DNA of 64,000 nt from Candidatus Latescibacterota bacterium. GTDB taxonomy: Bacteria > Latescibacterota > UBA2968 > UBA8231. The position numbers were made by a program, and so were the translations under genes. The stretch lies in contig OZ252098.1 in the NCBI GenBank assembly GCA_965248355.1, forward strand, positions 160,001-224,000, in the 5' to 3' direction. The notes beneath the pieces were generated by a model. It was not told the DNA's origin and did no database searches. It was given only the letters and a program-made list of their open reading frames with translations. Shown in pieces: positions 18,149 through 27,099 of this stretch. Position 1 is the stretch's first letter. Each line of letters begins with the position of its first letter.

Positions 18149-18549
18149 GAGATCATGGGCCGCCCATGGAAGTCCCTTGCCACCGCCTTCGGGGATGGCT
18201 CTCCGAGGGAGACCCCAAGCCGGCCCGTGCCCCGCGGGACGGAGAGAAGGCCTCCACCTCGGCACGGGCTTTGCGGGGCTGCCGGGCGACGAGGCGCCAT
18301 GGCCGCCCTTCCATGGCCAGGACTCCCCCGGCCGGCCCGGAGACGACGCGACCCGCGACCGGTTCGCCGCCCGCCATGGCAGCCTGTGCGACGGTGGCGG
18401 CCCCCCTTAGCGCGACGCGTCGACCACCAGGACCGGCGGCGCGACCGCTCCAAGGCTCCCACCCTTCCTTGTTGCCTCTCCCCGGGTTGCCCCCTGCAGG
18501 ATCGAAAGTGCCTTAGATTCTCTGTCTCCACTCTTCGACGGAGTCGCGC

Positions 18550-19374
18550 ATGAGGCAGCTCCACTGGGCGGTTGCGTTGCTGGCCGGCGTCTGTGCGGCC
18601 CAGGCCGACGTGTACTACGAGGAGGAGGTCGTCCACCCCGGCGTCGGTCCCGCCAAGCGCGGCGCCCGGCGCACGCTCTACAAGGTCTACATCCAGGGAT
18701 CCAGGCAGCGGGTCAGCGCCGATATCGAGACCTCGGAGCAGATGGCCAAGGTGCTGCTGAACCAGGGCAAGAGCCTGCGGACGACGACGATCCTGCACCT
18801 CGATCAGGGCCGGCTCTACGACATCGACCGCACCGCCCTGACTTGGCGTCAGGCGGCTCTGCCGGCCCCGAAGCCGGCGGCCGCCGCCCCCCCGGAAGAC
18901 CCCGAGCGCGAGATCGCCTTCCGAACGCGCGCCCTGCCCGACACCAGGAAGATCGCCGGGATCCTCTGCCGACGGGTGGCGGCGGAGATGACCGCCCGCC
19001 ACTTCCGGACCGGTACCCGGGAGGTGGCGCGCACCAACCGCTACCTCTACCAGGCTTGGATGGCCGAGGGCTTCCCCGGCTACGACGAGATCCAGGCCTT
19101 CCTCCAGATGCAGAAGGCGCGCACCTCGCTGCCGCCCCTCGCCCTCGGCGGCAGCGGTCTGGGCGATACCCTGGAGAGTCCCGAGCGCCTCGAGGACGAG
19201 CTGGAATCCCTCGAGGGATTCCCCATGAGCTCCCGACTGGAGGTCTTCACCGCCACCGGCTCCAGCGCCGAGAAGCAGATCCTGCGCCTCTCGCGCCGGA
19301 TCCTTCAGCTCGCGCACGAACCCCTTCCCGACTCGCTCTTCCAGCCCTCGGCTCAGCTGAAGAGGCTGCGCTGA
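18550..19374 (+). CDS. Secreted hypothetical protein (possibly DUF4412-like)
   Basis: GGAG RBS. Signal peptide ending AAQA-D. TRKIAGILCRR and GFPMSS motifs resemble DUF4412-type proteins. Confidence 0.6.
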   Translation: MRQLHWAVALLAGVCAAQADVYYEEEVVHPGVGPAKRGARRTLYKVYIQGSRQRVSADIETSEQMAKVLLNQGKSLRTTTILHLDQGRLYDIDRTALTWRQAALPAPKPAAAAPPEDPEREIAFRTRALPDTRKIAGILCRRVAAEMTARHFRTGTREVARTNRYLYQAWMAEGFPGYDEIQAFLQMQKARTSLPPLALGGSGLGDTLESPERLEDELESLEGFPMSSRLEVFTATGSSAEKQILRLSRRILQLAHEPLPDSLFQPSAQLKRLR

Positions 19375-19393
19375 GCCGCGGCTGACCCCTCCG

Positions 19394-22300
19394 TTGGCTC
19401 CCCGTCTCCTGGCCGTACTCGGTGCGCTGGCCGCGGCGGCGGTCCTGCTGCTGGCGACCCCGGCCGGCGTGTGGCTCGCGGCCCGCGCGGCCGAGTGGGC
19501 GGCCGGCTCCCGAGGTTACTCCCTGCTCATCGGCGAGACCGGCGGCGCGCTCGTCGCGTCGCCGCGGTTCGGCGATCTGCAGGTGGGGATCTCCGAGGGG
19601 CTCGAGGCCCGGGTGGAGGAGCTGGTCCTGCACCCGTGGGACCGGCGCCTGTCGCTGCGGTCGCCCACGGTCCGCTGGCGCCCGGAGGCCGGAGCGGCCG
19701 GCGCCGACACGGCCGGAGCTCCCGCCCCCGGCGCGGCGCCGCTCCTGCCGCTGGCCGGCCTGCCGGAGATCGACATCTCCGGGGGAGTCCTGGAGCTCAA
19801 GTCCGGCGACGGCCCGTCCCTGGAGCTCCGGGGCATCGAGGCCCACCTCGGGGCCGCGGGACCGTCGGAAGCCGGGCTCGACCTCTCGGCCGAGTCCTGG
19901 TCGATGGTCTCCGGCTCGATCTCGGCCGAAGGCCGCTTGCGCTCGCGCTGGCGGCTGGGGGAGAGACAGGTGCAACTGGACGAGGCGCGGGTCGACTGGG
20001 CGGCCGCCGGCGTGGGCGAGGGCACGGTGCGAGGCCGCGGGAGAGTCGATCTCGGTCCCGGCATGGACGTGGACGCCCACCTGACGCTGGAGGGCCGGGT
20101 TGGATCGCTGCAGGTGGGTCGGCTCGAGGTGAGCGCCCGGGGACCGGCGTCCCCGGCGCGGCTCCAGGTGCGCGCCCTCGGAGAGGGGAGCGAAGCGGCT
20201 CTCGGGGAGATCGGCCTGGTCCTGGCGGGTCTCGTGGACACCTCGGGAATCCGGGCCGACTCGCTCCGGCTGCAGGTCGCCGGCGGCACCCTCCTGGGCC
20301 GCGGCGGCTACCGGCCTGGGCCCGCGAGCCTGGGAGTGGAGGTGGAGCTCCGGGACATCGATCTGGGGCGCCTGCCCATGGAAGGCTGCGCCGGCATCGT
20401 GAACGGCCTGGTGACCGTGGACGGGACCGTCGCCGACCCGCGGGTCTCCGTGGCGCTGAGGTCTGCGGGGCTGGAGGGGGTCGCCCCCGAGCCCGTCGAT
20501 CTGACCCTCGGCGGATCGCTCGAGGGCGGAGAGCTGAGGCTGACGGCGCGCAGCCGCCGTCTCGGTGAGCTGACCGCCTCGGGGGACCTGTCGCCGCAGA
20601 CCGGGCGCTACGACCTGCAGCTGTCCGGCGATCTGGACCTCGGCCCCTGGCTCGGTTCGGCCCTGCCCGCGTCGGTGCGCGGTCGCTGGCGGCCGGAAAC
20701 CCTGGACGTGCGGCTGCAGTCGGAGCGGCTGCCCTTCGGGCTCGGCCTGCCCGGCCCCCTGGTGGCAGACGCGACCCTGCGCGATTTCCGCCACCTCGAC
20801 CTCACGCTGAGCCTCGGTACGGGCCAGTTGAGCGCCCGTCTGGGCACCGACCTGAGCTCTCCGCAACTCGACACCCTCTCCGCCGCGGCCCTGGGTGTGG
20901 ACCTGTCCCAACTGGCCGCGATGGTCGAGGGAGAGGCGTCGGGAAGCGCCGCTGTCGACGGTCTGCTCGGGGAGGACGGCCGGGGCGGCCTGCAGCTGCA
21001 GGTGGACGATCTGCGCCTGGCCGGATGGAGCCTGGGCCCAACGAGCCTGGCCGCCGACTACGTTCGGGGCGCCATCGAGCTGTCGGCCGAGGCTCCGGGC
21101 GTCGATATGCAGGCCCGGGTCGACACGGCGGGGCAGACCCGGGTGCAGGCCTCCCTGCAGGACGCGGTCCTGCGGCGGGTCGGCGCCTCGGATTCCGTGC
21201 GGGTCCGCGGCCGGGCGTCCGCCGCCGGCAACCTGCACGACCCGCTGGCCGGTTCCCTCGATGTGCGCATCGACGAGGCGGCGGCTTCCGTCGGCGGCTG
21301 GCCTCTGGCGCTGAGCCCCTCCGTCCTCGAGTACGCGGACGGCCGGGGCCTCCTGCATCCCAGCCTCCTGCGCACGCCCCTGGGCGAGGTTCGCCTGTGG
21401 GGAGAGGTCGACGACGGCCATCTCGACCTGACGGCGGCCCTGGACTCCGTCGAGTCCACGGGCCTCGCGGACCTCACGGCCCGGGGGCGCGCCACCCTGC
21501 GGCTGGAGGGCGCTCCCCTGGCGCCGGACCTCGCCCTGCGGGCGGACCTCGAGGACCTCGCTCTTCACGGACGCCCGATCGGCGCCCTGAGCGCGGCCCT
21601 GGACCTGCGCGACAGCCTGCGCGCCTCCCTCGAGCTGCGGCAGGACACCTCCCGAGCCGTTCAGCTGGACCTTCGTCTGGAGTCCCCGGCGACGGCTGTC
21701 CGCGGAGGGCCTGCCGGGGGCGGCGACAGTCTGAGGATGCGGCTGCGGGCCGAGGGGCTCGACGCATCCTGGCTGGCGACCCACGTCCTCGAGGACTCCA
21801 CCGGTCTCAGGGTGAGCGCCGAGGCGGATCTCTCCCTGCCGGCGGGACAGGTGCTCGAGGGGTTCAACTGGGTCGATCTGGCGGGGAGCCTCCGTCTGAG
21901 CGAGCTGACCATGGACCGGGAGCGCCTGCGCCTGCGTCTCCCCGAACCGGCCGCCGCGCACCTGGCGCGCGGCGAGGCCCGAATCGATGGGCTCGAGCTC
22001 CCCGTCCTGCTCTTCCGGCGGGACCCCGGCCGCTTCGAGAAGGCCGGCGCCCTGAGTCTGGAGGCTGGACCCGGGGAGGGTGGAGAAGGGGTCCGGCTTC
22101 GCCTGACGGACCTGGATCTGGAGGCGGTGTCCATGGCGATTCCGGGCCGGCCCGACCTGCCGGCGGGCCGGATCGACGGGAGCCTGGAGCTGATCCTCCT
22201 CGACGCAGGGGCCTCCGTGGGCGCTCAGGCCTGCGCCGACCTGGAGGGCCTGGGCTACCTGGAGGCGCGTCTGTGGTCCGGCGCCGGGCGCTGGACCGCC

Positions 22301-23698
22301 CGCGGCGCCTGGGTGACTCCGGTGGAGGACAGCCTGGTGGTGACGGCCGCCGTCCCCCTCGCCGAGGGCCAACCCTCGTGGGAGGGCCTGTCCCTGGCGG
22401 CGCGTTCCGACGGCATCGATCTGCTGATCCTGCTCGACCAGGTACCCCTCGAGAGCCTGTCGGGCCGGGTCCGGCTCGATCTGAAAGCCGATTCTCTCCA
22501 TGCCCGGCCGAGGATCGCCGGCCAGGTGGAGGTCGAGGACCTGGGGTTCTCCCTGATCGACATCCGCCCGGGGTACCGCTTCCCCCGGGGCCGTCTCGTC
22601 CTGGAGCCGAAGGCCGGGGGCGGGACCCGGGGCGATCTGGTCGGCCTCCAGGGCGGCCCCACCCGGGGGCCCGGGCGCCTGCAGCTGCAGGGATGGATCG
22701 ACGTGGCCACCCTGGAGGATATCGACTACGAGCTGCGCCTGGGGGTGGACGACCTGACCAGCAGTTACAGCGATATCTTCGAGGCCCAGAAGGTCGATCT
22801 CGACCTGGCGCTGACGGGCGAGCCGCAGGGCTCCCTGCTGAAGGGAAGCATCGGGCTCCACCGGGCCGTGGCGGAGGTCCAGCTCGTGGACCTGACCGAC
22901 CCGGTGCCCCCGCCGCCGGCCGTGCGGAACCCGCTCCTCGGGGGGGTCGGGATGGACGTCTACGTCGACATCGTGGAACTGAAGTCGCGGTCCGAGCTCT
23001 CCGACATCGACGTGGATGGGCGGGTGCGGGTCTACGGGACGTTCTACAAGCCCCGGTTCCAGGGAGAGCTGGAGGTCACCGAAGGCACGGTGATCCTCCT
23101 CAGCCGTCCCTTCACCTTCACCCGGGGGCGCGTCGTCCTCGACCGCCTGGTGCCGACCCATTCGATCCTCGACCTGGTCTACGACCCCGTCCTCCTCGAT
23201 CCAGAGCTCGACCTGGAGGCGGTCACTCGCGTGCAGGTCGCCGGCGAGGACGAGGAGCGGGTGGTGACCCTGAATCTCCAGGGGACGGTGCTGGCCCCTG
23301 CTCCGGAGCTGACCTCTGACCGTCTCGCGCAACCGCAGATCATCGGGCTCCTCGCCTTCGGCACCATCAACCAGAACCAGTACAACTACTCGGGAGCCCT
23401 GTACACGGCGGCCGGGCAGTTGCTGCTCGGCCGGGTGCAGAAGGCCGGTCTCGACGAGTTCCTGCTGCTGCCCTCGGGGACCGCCCAGGGCACCATCGGG
23501 GAGACCACCATCCGCATCGGCAAGCGTCTGACCTGGCCCCTGCCCATGTGGGTCCGCTACGAGGCGATCACCAAGGACCCCTCCCTCGGCCAGTTCGAGG
23601 TCGAGTACGGCATCACTTCCTGGCTCCAGCTCGAGGCCACCGCCCACTCCCAGTACGAGCTCTACGGCATGGGTCTGGGGGTGAGCAAGGACTTCTGA
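19394..23698 (+). CDS. tamB: TamB/AsmA-like translocation and assembly module protein (1434 aa)
   Basis: N-terminal TM, long Gly/Leu beta-taco-like repeats, C-terminal DUF490-like region (DPELDLEA...IRIGKRLT...GLGVSKDF). Adjacent to an Omp85 gene. Confidence 0.8.
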   Translation: MAPRLLAVLGALAAAAVLLLATPAGVWLAARAAEWAAGSRGYSLLIGETGGALVASPRFGDLQVGISEGLEARVEELVLHPWDRRLSLRSPTVRWRPEAGAAGADTAGAPAPGAAPLLPLAGLPEIDISGGVLELKSGDGPSLELRGIEAHLGAAGPSEAGLDLSAESWSMVSGSISAEGRLRSRWRLGERQVQLDEARVDWAAAGVGEGTVRGRGRVDLGPGMDVDAHLTLEGRVGSLQVGRLEVSARGPASPARLQVRALGEGSEAALGEIGLVLAGLVDTSGIRADSLRLQVAGGTLLGRGGYRPGPASLGVEVELRDIDLGRLPMEGCAGIVNGLVTVDGTVADPRVSVALRSAGLEGVAPEPVDLTLGGSLEGGELRLTARSRRLGELTASGDLSPQTGRYDLQLSGDLDLGPWLGSALPASVRGRWRPETLDVRLQSERLPFGLGLPGPLVADATLRDFRHLDLTLSLGTGQLSARLGTDLSSPQLDTLSAAALGVDLSQLAAMVEGEASGSAAVDGLLGEDGRGGLQLQVDDLRLAGWSLGPTSLAADYVRGAIELSAEAPGVDMQARVDTAGQTRVQASLQDAVLRRVGASDSVRVRGRASAAGNLHDPLAGSLDVRIDEAAASVGGWPLALSPSVLEYADGRGLLHPSLLRTPLGEVRLWGEVDDGHLDLTAALDSVESTGLADLTARGRATLRLEGAPLAPDLALRADLEDLALHGRPIGALSAALDLRDSLRASLELRQDTSRAVQLDLRLESPATAVRGGPAGGGDSLRMRLRAEGLDASWLATHVLEDSTGLRVSAEADLSLPAGQVLEGFNWVDLAGSLRLSELTMDRERLRLRLPEPAAAHLARGEARIDGLELPVLLFRRDPGRFEKAGALSLEAGPGEGGEGVRLRLTDLDLEAVSMAIPGRPDLPAGRIDGSLELILLDAGASVGAQACADLEGLGYLEARLWSGAGRWTARGAWVTPVEDSLVVTAAVPLAEGQPSWEGLSLAARSDGIDLLILLDQVPLESLSGRVRLDLKADSLHARPRIAGQVEVEDLGFSLIDIRPGYRFPRGRLVLEPKAGGGTRGDLVGLQGGPTRGPGRLQLQGWIDVATLEDIDYELRLGVDDLTSSYSDIFEAQKVDLDLALTGEPQGSLLKGSIGLHRAVAEVQLVDLTDPVPPPPAVRNPLLGGVGMDVYVDIVELKSRSELSDIDVDGRVRVYGTFYKPRFQGELEVTEGTVILLSRPFTFTRGRVVLDRLVPTHSILDLVYDPVLLDPELDLEAVTRVQVAGEDEERVVTLNLQGTVLAPAPELTSDRLAQPQIIGLLAFGTINQNQYNYSGALYTAAGQLLLGRVQKAGLDEFLLLPSGTAQGTIGETTIRIGKRLTWPLPMWVRYEAITKDPSLGQFEVEYGITSWLQLEATAHSQYELYGMGLGVSKDF

Positions 23699-23699
23699 G

Positions 23700-25766
23700 G
23701 TGAGGCGCGGCGCCCTCCTTCTGTGTCTGGTCCTGTGGGGGCGGGCCGAGGCCCAGGGCTCCCTGCGGGCGGTACAGCTGCGCGATCTCGGCGAGCCGGT
23801 GGTGGAGCGCATCCACTTCGAGCATCTGCAGGTCAAGCCGATCACCAACCACGAGTTGCGGGCGGCGATGACGACGCGGGAAGGGGAACGCTTCCAGGCC
23901 CGGTTCTACCGCGCCGACCTGTCGGAGATCGAGAACCTCTACCGCAGCCGCGGGTTCATGGACGTGGACATCGTCCGGCGCCGGTACTACCTCGACGACA
24001 AGGGCCGCCTGCAGCTGCACCTGTGGATCGACAGCGGCCGGCAATGGCGGCTCTCCGCGGTCGATATCGAGGTGGCCCCGGGGAAGGCGGCGCTGCCCGA
24101 CCTGGAGTCGCGGGTGGGCCTGCGAGCCGGGGACGTGCTGCGCTACGGCGACGTGCTGCGCGACGAGCGCGCCCTGCTGGGGCTGCTCAACGCGGAGGGA
24201 TTCCCCCATGCCGCGGTGCGCAACCGGCTGGACTTCGACGCCCGGCGGCACCTGGGCTCGGTCACCTTCGAGGTGACTCCGGGGCCGAGGATGTACTTCG
24301 GCCCCATCCGCTTGACGGGGGAGGATCTCCAGACCCGCCGGTCGCTGATCGAAAGCAGAATCACCTTCCGCGAGGGAGCCCTCTACGACCCGGAGGCCGT
24401 GCGCGCATCGAGGAACAACCTGGCCCGCACCGGCCTGTTCCGCTCGGTGACCCTGGAGACGCCGGAGCAGGCCGCCGGGGACAGTGTGCAGCCCGTGGTC
24501 CTGCAGCTGCAGGAGCGCCCCTTCCGGCACCTGGGGGCCCGGGCCTTCATCAACAACAACGAGCCCGGCCTGTCGGCAAAGGTGCTGCACTCGAACTTCC
24601 TCGGCCGGGGCAACCCCATCGGCACGGAGGCCAATCTGGGCCGACCCCGGCAGGGCCTGACCCTGTTCCTGACGGAGAACGGCCTGCTGGGATCCGACCT
24701 CGATCTGACCTTTACGGCGGGGATGACCGACGACTGGGGCCGCACCCGTGTGGAAGCCGATCCCGGCGACTCGGTGCAGTTCGAGCTCCTGGCGGCCAAT
24801 CACTCCAACGTCAACGAGTTGAACCTGAGTCCGTTCGCCGGCCCGCTGGAGGCGGCCGCCTTCGTATCCCTTCTGGAGTACCGCTACCCCTCGGTGAAGC
24901 GGCTCTGGCAGGCGAAAGCGAGCCTGGCGCGCCGCCGCCATGCCGAAGGGGTGAGGGTCTACCAGGCGTCGTTGACCGCGGACTGGACGCGCTTTCGCGT
25001 TCAGCCCCTCGCCGGAAGGCGGATCGACCTGGACGTGGGCGAGGTGGAGGAGGTCGAGGACGACGGCTTCGACGATGGCTTGGGCGACGATCCCTTCGGC
25101 GACTTCTCCGGGCGCCGCGCCCAGGGCGGGAGCGCCTTCCCCTACGACGACGGCTGGATCCCCATCGACGCCACGTGGCAGCGGCTGCTGACGGACCGCG
25201 CCAACACCCTGAACTTCGGGATCGACCTGCTGCGCGACACCCGCGACAACCAGATCGCACCGACGCGGGGCGACTTCGTGCGCCTGGCGGGCCTCTTCGC
25301 CTGGGAGTTCAGCAGGGACAGGACCCGGGTCCTGGCGGGCGAGGTCGAGGCCCGCAACTACCTGCGCATCCGTCCCTGGCTGGTGTGGGCCCACGCGCTG
25401 CGGGGGCGGGTGACCGGATCCCTGCGCCGCGACCGGGAGTTGCCCCAGCCGTACTGGATCGAGTTCGGGGGCGAGGGCTCGGTGCGCGGCGTCAACCGGG
25501 GCACGATCGCGGCCGTGGGCGGCGGCCGGGCCGGGATCAACCTGCGCAACGAGCTGCGCCTGCACCGGGGACAGTTCGGGCTCGTCGCCTTCTGGGACCG
25601 CGCCGGCGTCTGGCGCCGTCCCCGGGAGGCCGGCTGGGCCGGCATGGTCGACGGCTACGGCGGGGGCCTGCGCTGGGACCCGGGCCTGCCCATGCGGCTG
25701 GACGTGGGCTGGGGGAAGCGGTTCTCCAAGCCGTCGCCGTACCTCTCGGTGGGACACGCCTTCTAG
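23700..25766 (+). CDS. Omp85 family (TamA/BamA-like) outer-membrane protein with POTRA domains
   Basis: POTRA motifs (LYRSRGFMDV, LARTGLFRSV), DTRDNQIAPTRG, GGEGSVRG lid-lock, C-terminal SVGHAF. Confidence 0.9.
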   Translation: MRRGALLLCLVLWGRAEAQGSLRAVQLRDLGEPVVERIHFEHLQVKPITNHELRAAMTTREGERFQARFYRADLSEIENLYRSRGFMDVDIVRRRYYLDDKGRLQLHLWIDSGRQWRLSAVDIEVAPGKAALPDLESRVGLRAGDVLRYGDVLRDERALLGLLNAEGFPHAAVRNRLDFDARRHLGSVTFEVTPGPRMYFGPIRLTGEDLQTRRSLIESRITFREGALYDPEAVRASRNNLARTGLFRSVTLETPEQAAGDSVQPVVLQLQERPFRHLGARAFINNNEPGLSAKVLHSNFLGRGNPIGTEANLGRPRQGLTLFLTENGLLGSDLDLTFTAGMTDDWGRTRVEADPGDSVQFELLAANHSNVNELNLSPFAGPLEAAAFVSLLEYRYPSVKRLWQAKASLARRRHAEGVRVYQASLTADWTRFRVQPLAGRRIDLDVGEVEEVEDDGFDDGLGDDPFGDFSGRRAQGGSAFPYDDGWIPIDATWQRLLTDRANTLNFGIDLLRDTRDNQIAPTRGDFVRLAGLFAWEFSRDRTRVLAGEVEARNYLRIRPWLVWAHALRGRVTGSLRRDRELPQPYWIEFGGEGSVRGVNRGTIAAVGGGRAGINLRNELRLHRGQFGLVAFWDRAGVWRRPREAGWAGMVDGYGGGLRWDPGLPMRLDVGWGKRFSKPSPYLSVGHAF

Positions 25767-25768
25767 CG

Positions 25769-26782
25769 ATGACGAGCCGGGGTCCGACGGATACTCACGA
25801 GACTGGCCAGGGAATCCTGGCCTGGTACCTGGGCGGTCTGGGCGTCAGGATGAGCGAGAACCACCTCTTCCTGTTCGCCGGCGGCCTGGCCTTCGCCACC
25901 CTCCTGAGCCTCGTCCCCCTGGTCTTCCTCATCTTCTTCGTCCTCGGCGCGGTCCTGGAGACGGCCTCCCTGGCCTGGCTGGTGAACCGCACGGTGGAGG
26001 TCTTCATCCCCTATGAAGAAGAGTCCGCCTTCCTGAAGGACGCCCTCTCTACCCGCATCCCGGACGTGGTCGAGTTCAAGAAGGCTTACGGGTTCTCGGG
26101 AATCTCGATCCTCATGCTGAGCGTCAGCGGCTTGTTCACCAGCATGAGGACCATCCTCGACACGGTCTTCCAGGCGTCCGGACACGAGCCGGGCGTGGTG
26201 GCCAGAGCGTTCCGCCAGTGGCCCGCCGCGTTGGACCGGCTGAGGGAGATGGGTACCTCGGAGAAACTCGTGGGCTTCCTTCGCGCCGCCCTGCCGGCCG
26301 CGGTGGGCAAGCTGAAGGATCTCGCCCTGGTGCTGGTGGTGCTGTCCACCTTCCTGCTCTCCGTCCTGTCCCTGCCCATCCTGGCCGCGGTCCTGGAGGC
26401 CGTCCTCACCCCCATCCATTCCCACCTGACCCATTTCTACGACCTCGCCTCCATGGCCCTGATCCTGGCCGTGTTCCTCGGCCTGTACTGGCTCGTTCCC
26501 GCCCGGAGGCCGCGGATGAAGGCGCTGGCCACCGGCGCTTTCTGGGCCGCCCTGTTGTGGAAGCTCGCCGAATGGCTCTTCGGCTACTACCTGGGACACT
26601 TCGCCTCCATCTGGTACCTCTACGGGGCCTACGTCCTGTCCGTGGTCCTGGCCCTGTGGCTCTACTTTGCGGCCATCGTCTTCATCGTGGGCGCCGAGAT
26701 CGCCCAGCTCTGCCACGAGAGGGGCCCGGCCGCTCCCCGGGCTGGGCCAGGGCCACCTCCTGGAGGGGCAGCACGGCCGTGA
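25769..26782 (+). CDS. YihY/BrkB family inner-membrane protein
   Basis: AGGLAFATLLSLVP...YGAY...LWLYFAAIVFIVGAEI. Confidence 0.9.
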   Translation: MTSRGPTDTHETGQGILAWYLGGLGVRMSENHLFLFAGGLAFATLLSLVPLVFLIFFVLGAVLETASLAWLVNRTVEVFIPYEEESAFLKDALSTRIPDVVEFKKAYGFSGISILMLSVSGLFTSMRTILDTVFQASGHEPGVVARAFRQWPAALDRLREMGTSEKLVGFLRAALPAAVGKLKDLALVLVVLSTFLLSVLSLPILAAVLEAVLTPIHSHLTHFYDLASMALILAVFLGLYWLVPARRPRMKALATGAFWAALLWKLAEWLFGYYLGHFASIWYLYGAYVLSVVLALWLYFAAIVFIVGAEIAQLCHERGPAAPRAGPGPPPGGAARP

Positions 26783-27099
26783 GTTGCCCGCCGCCGTCGA
26801 CCACGCACAGGTCGTGGATGCGCCGTTGCGGAAAGGACCGGATGCGGTCCAGGGCCTCGCCGGCGGTCTCGTCGGCGCGGAAGACGGTCACCGCCGTGTC
26901 CATGAGCCGGCCCGCCGATCCGGCCGGGTAGCGCATCAGCTCCTCCATCTCGGCGGCCAGCTCCCGGGGCAGGGCGGCCAGGCGGGAGGGCCGGGCCTCG
27001 GGGTCCAGCCGGGCCAGGAGGGCGGCGCCGACGCCCGGGTCCACCAGAGCCGCCGGAAGAGGTCCTCCGGGCCTGGGAGGCCCCGGCGTTGTCGGTCAT
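26700..27099 (-). pseudogene. mgtE: MgtE magnesium transporter remnant (N-domain plus first CBS only)
   Basis: ELMRYPAGSAGRLMD...VVDGGGQLTAVLPLQEV is typical of MgtE. The ATG at 27099 is out of frame with this segment. No TM domain; the end overlaps the yihY 3' end. Confidence 0.7.

Noticed and set aside
819-23848. Very long antisense or alternative-frame ORFs (e.g. 819..3812-, 821..2983+, 19247..23848-)
   Set aside because: Arg/Pro/Gly-rich or mirror translations with no motifs; these are expected shadow ORFs in GC-rich DNA overlapping well-supported genes.
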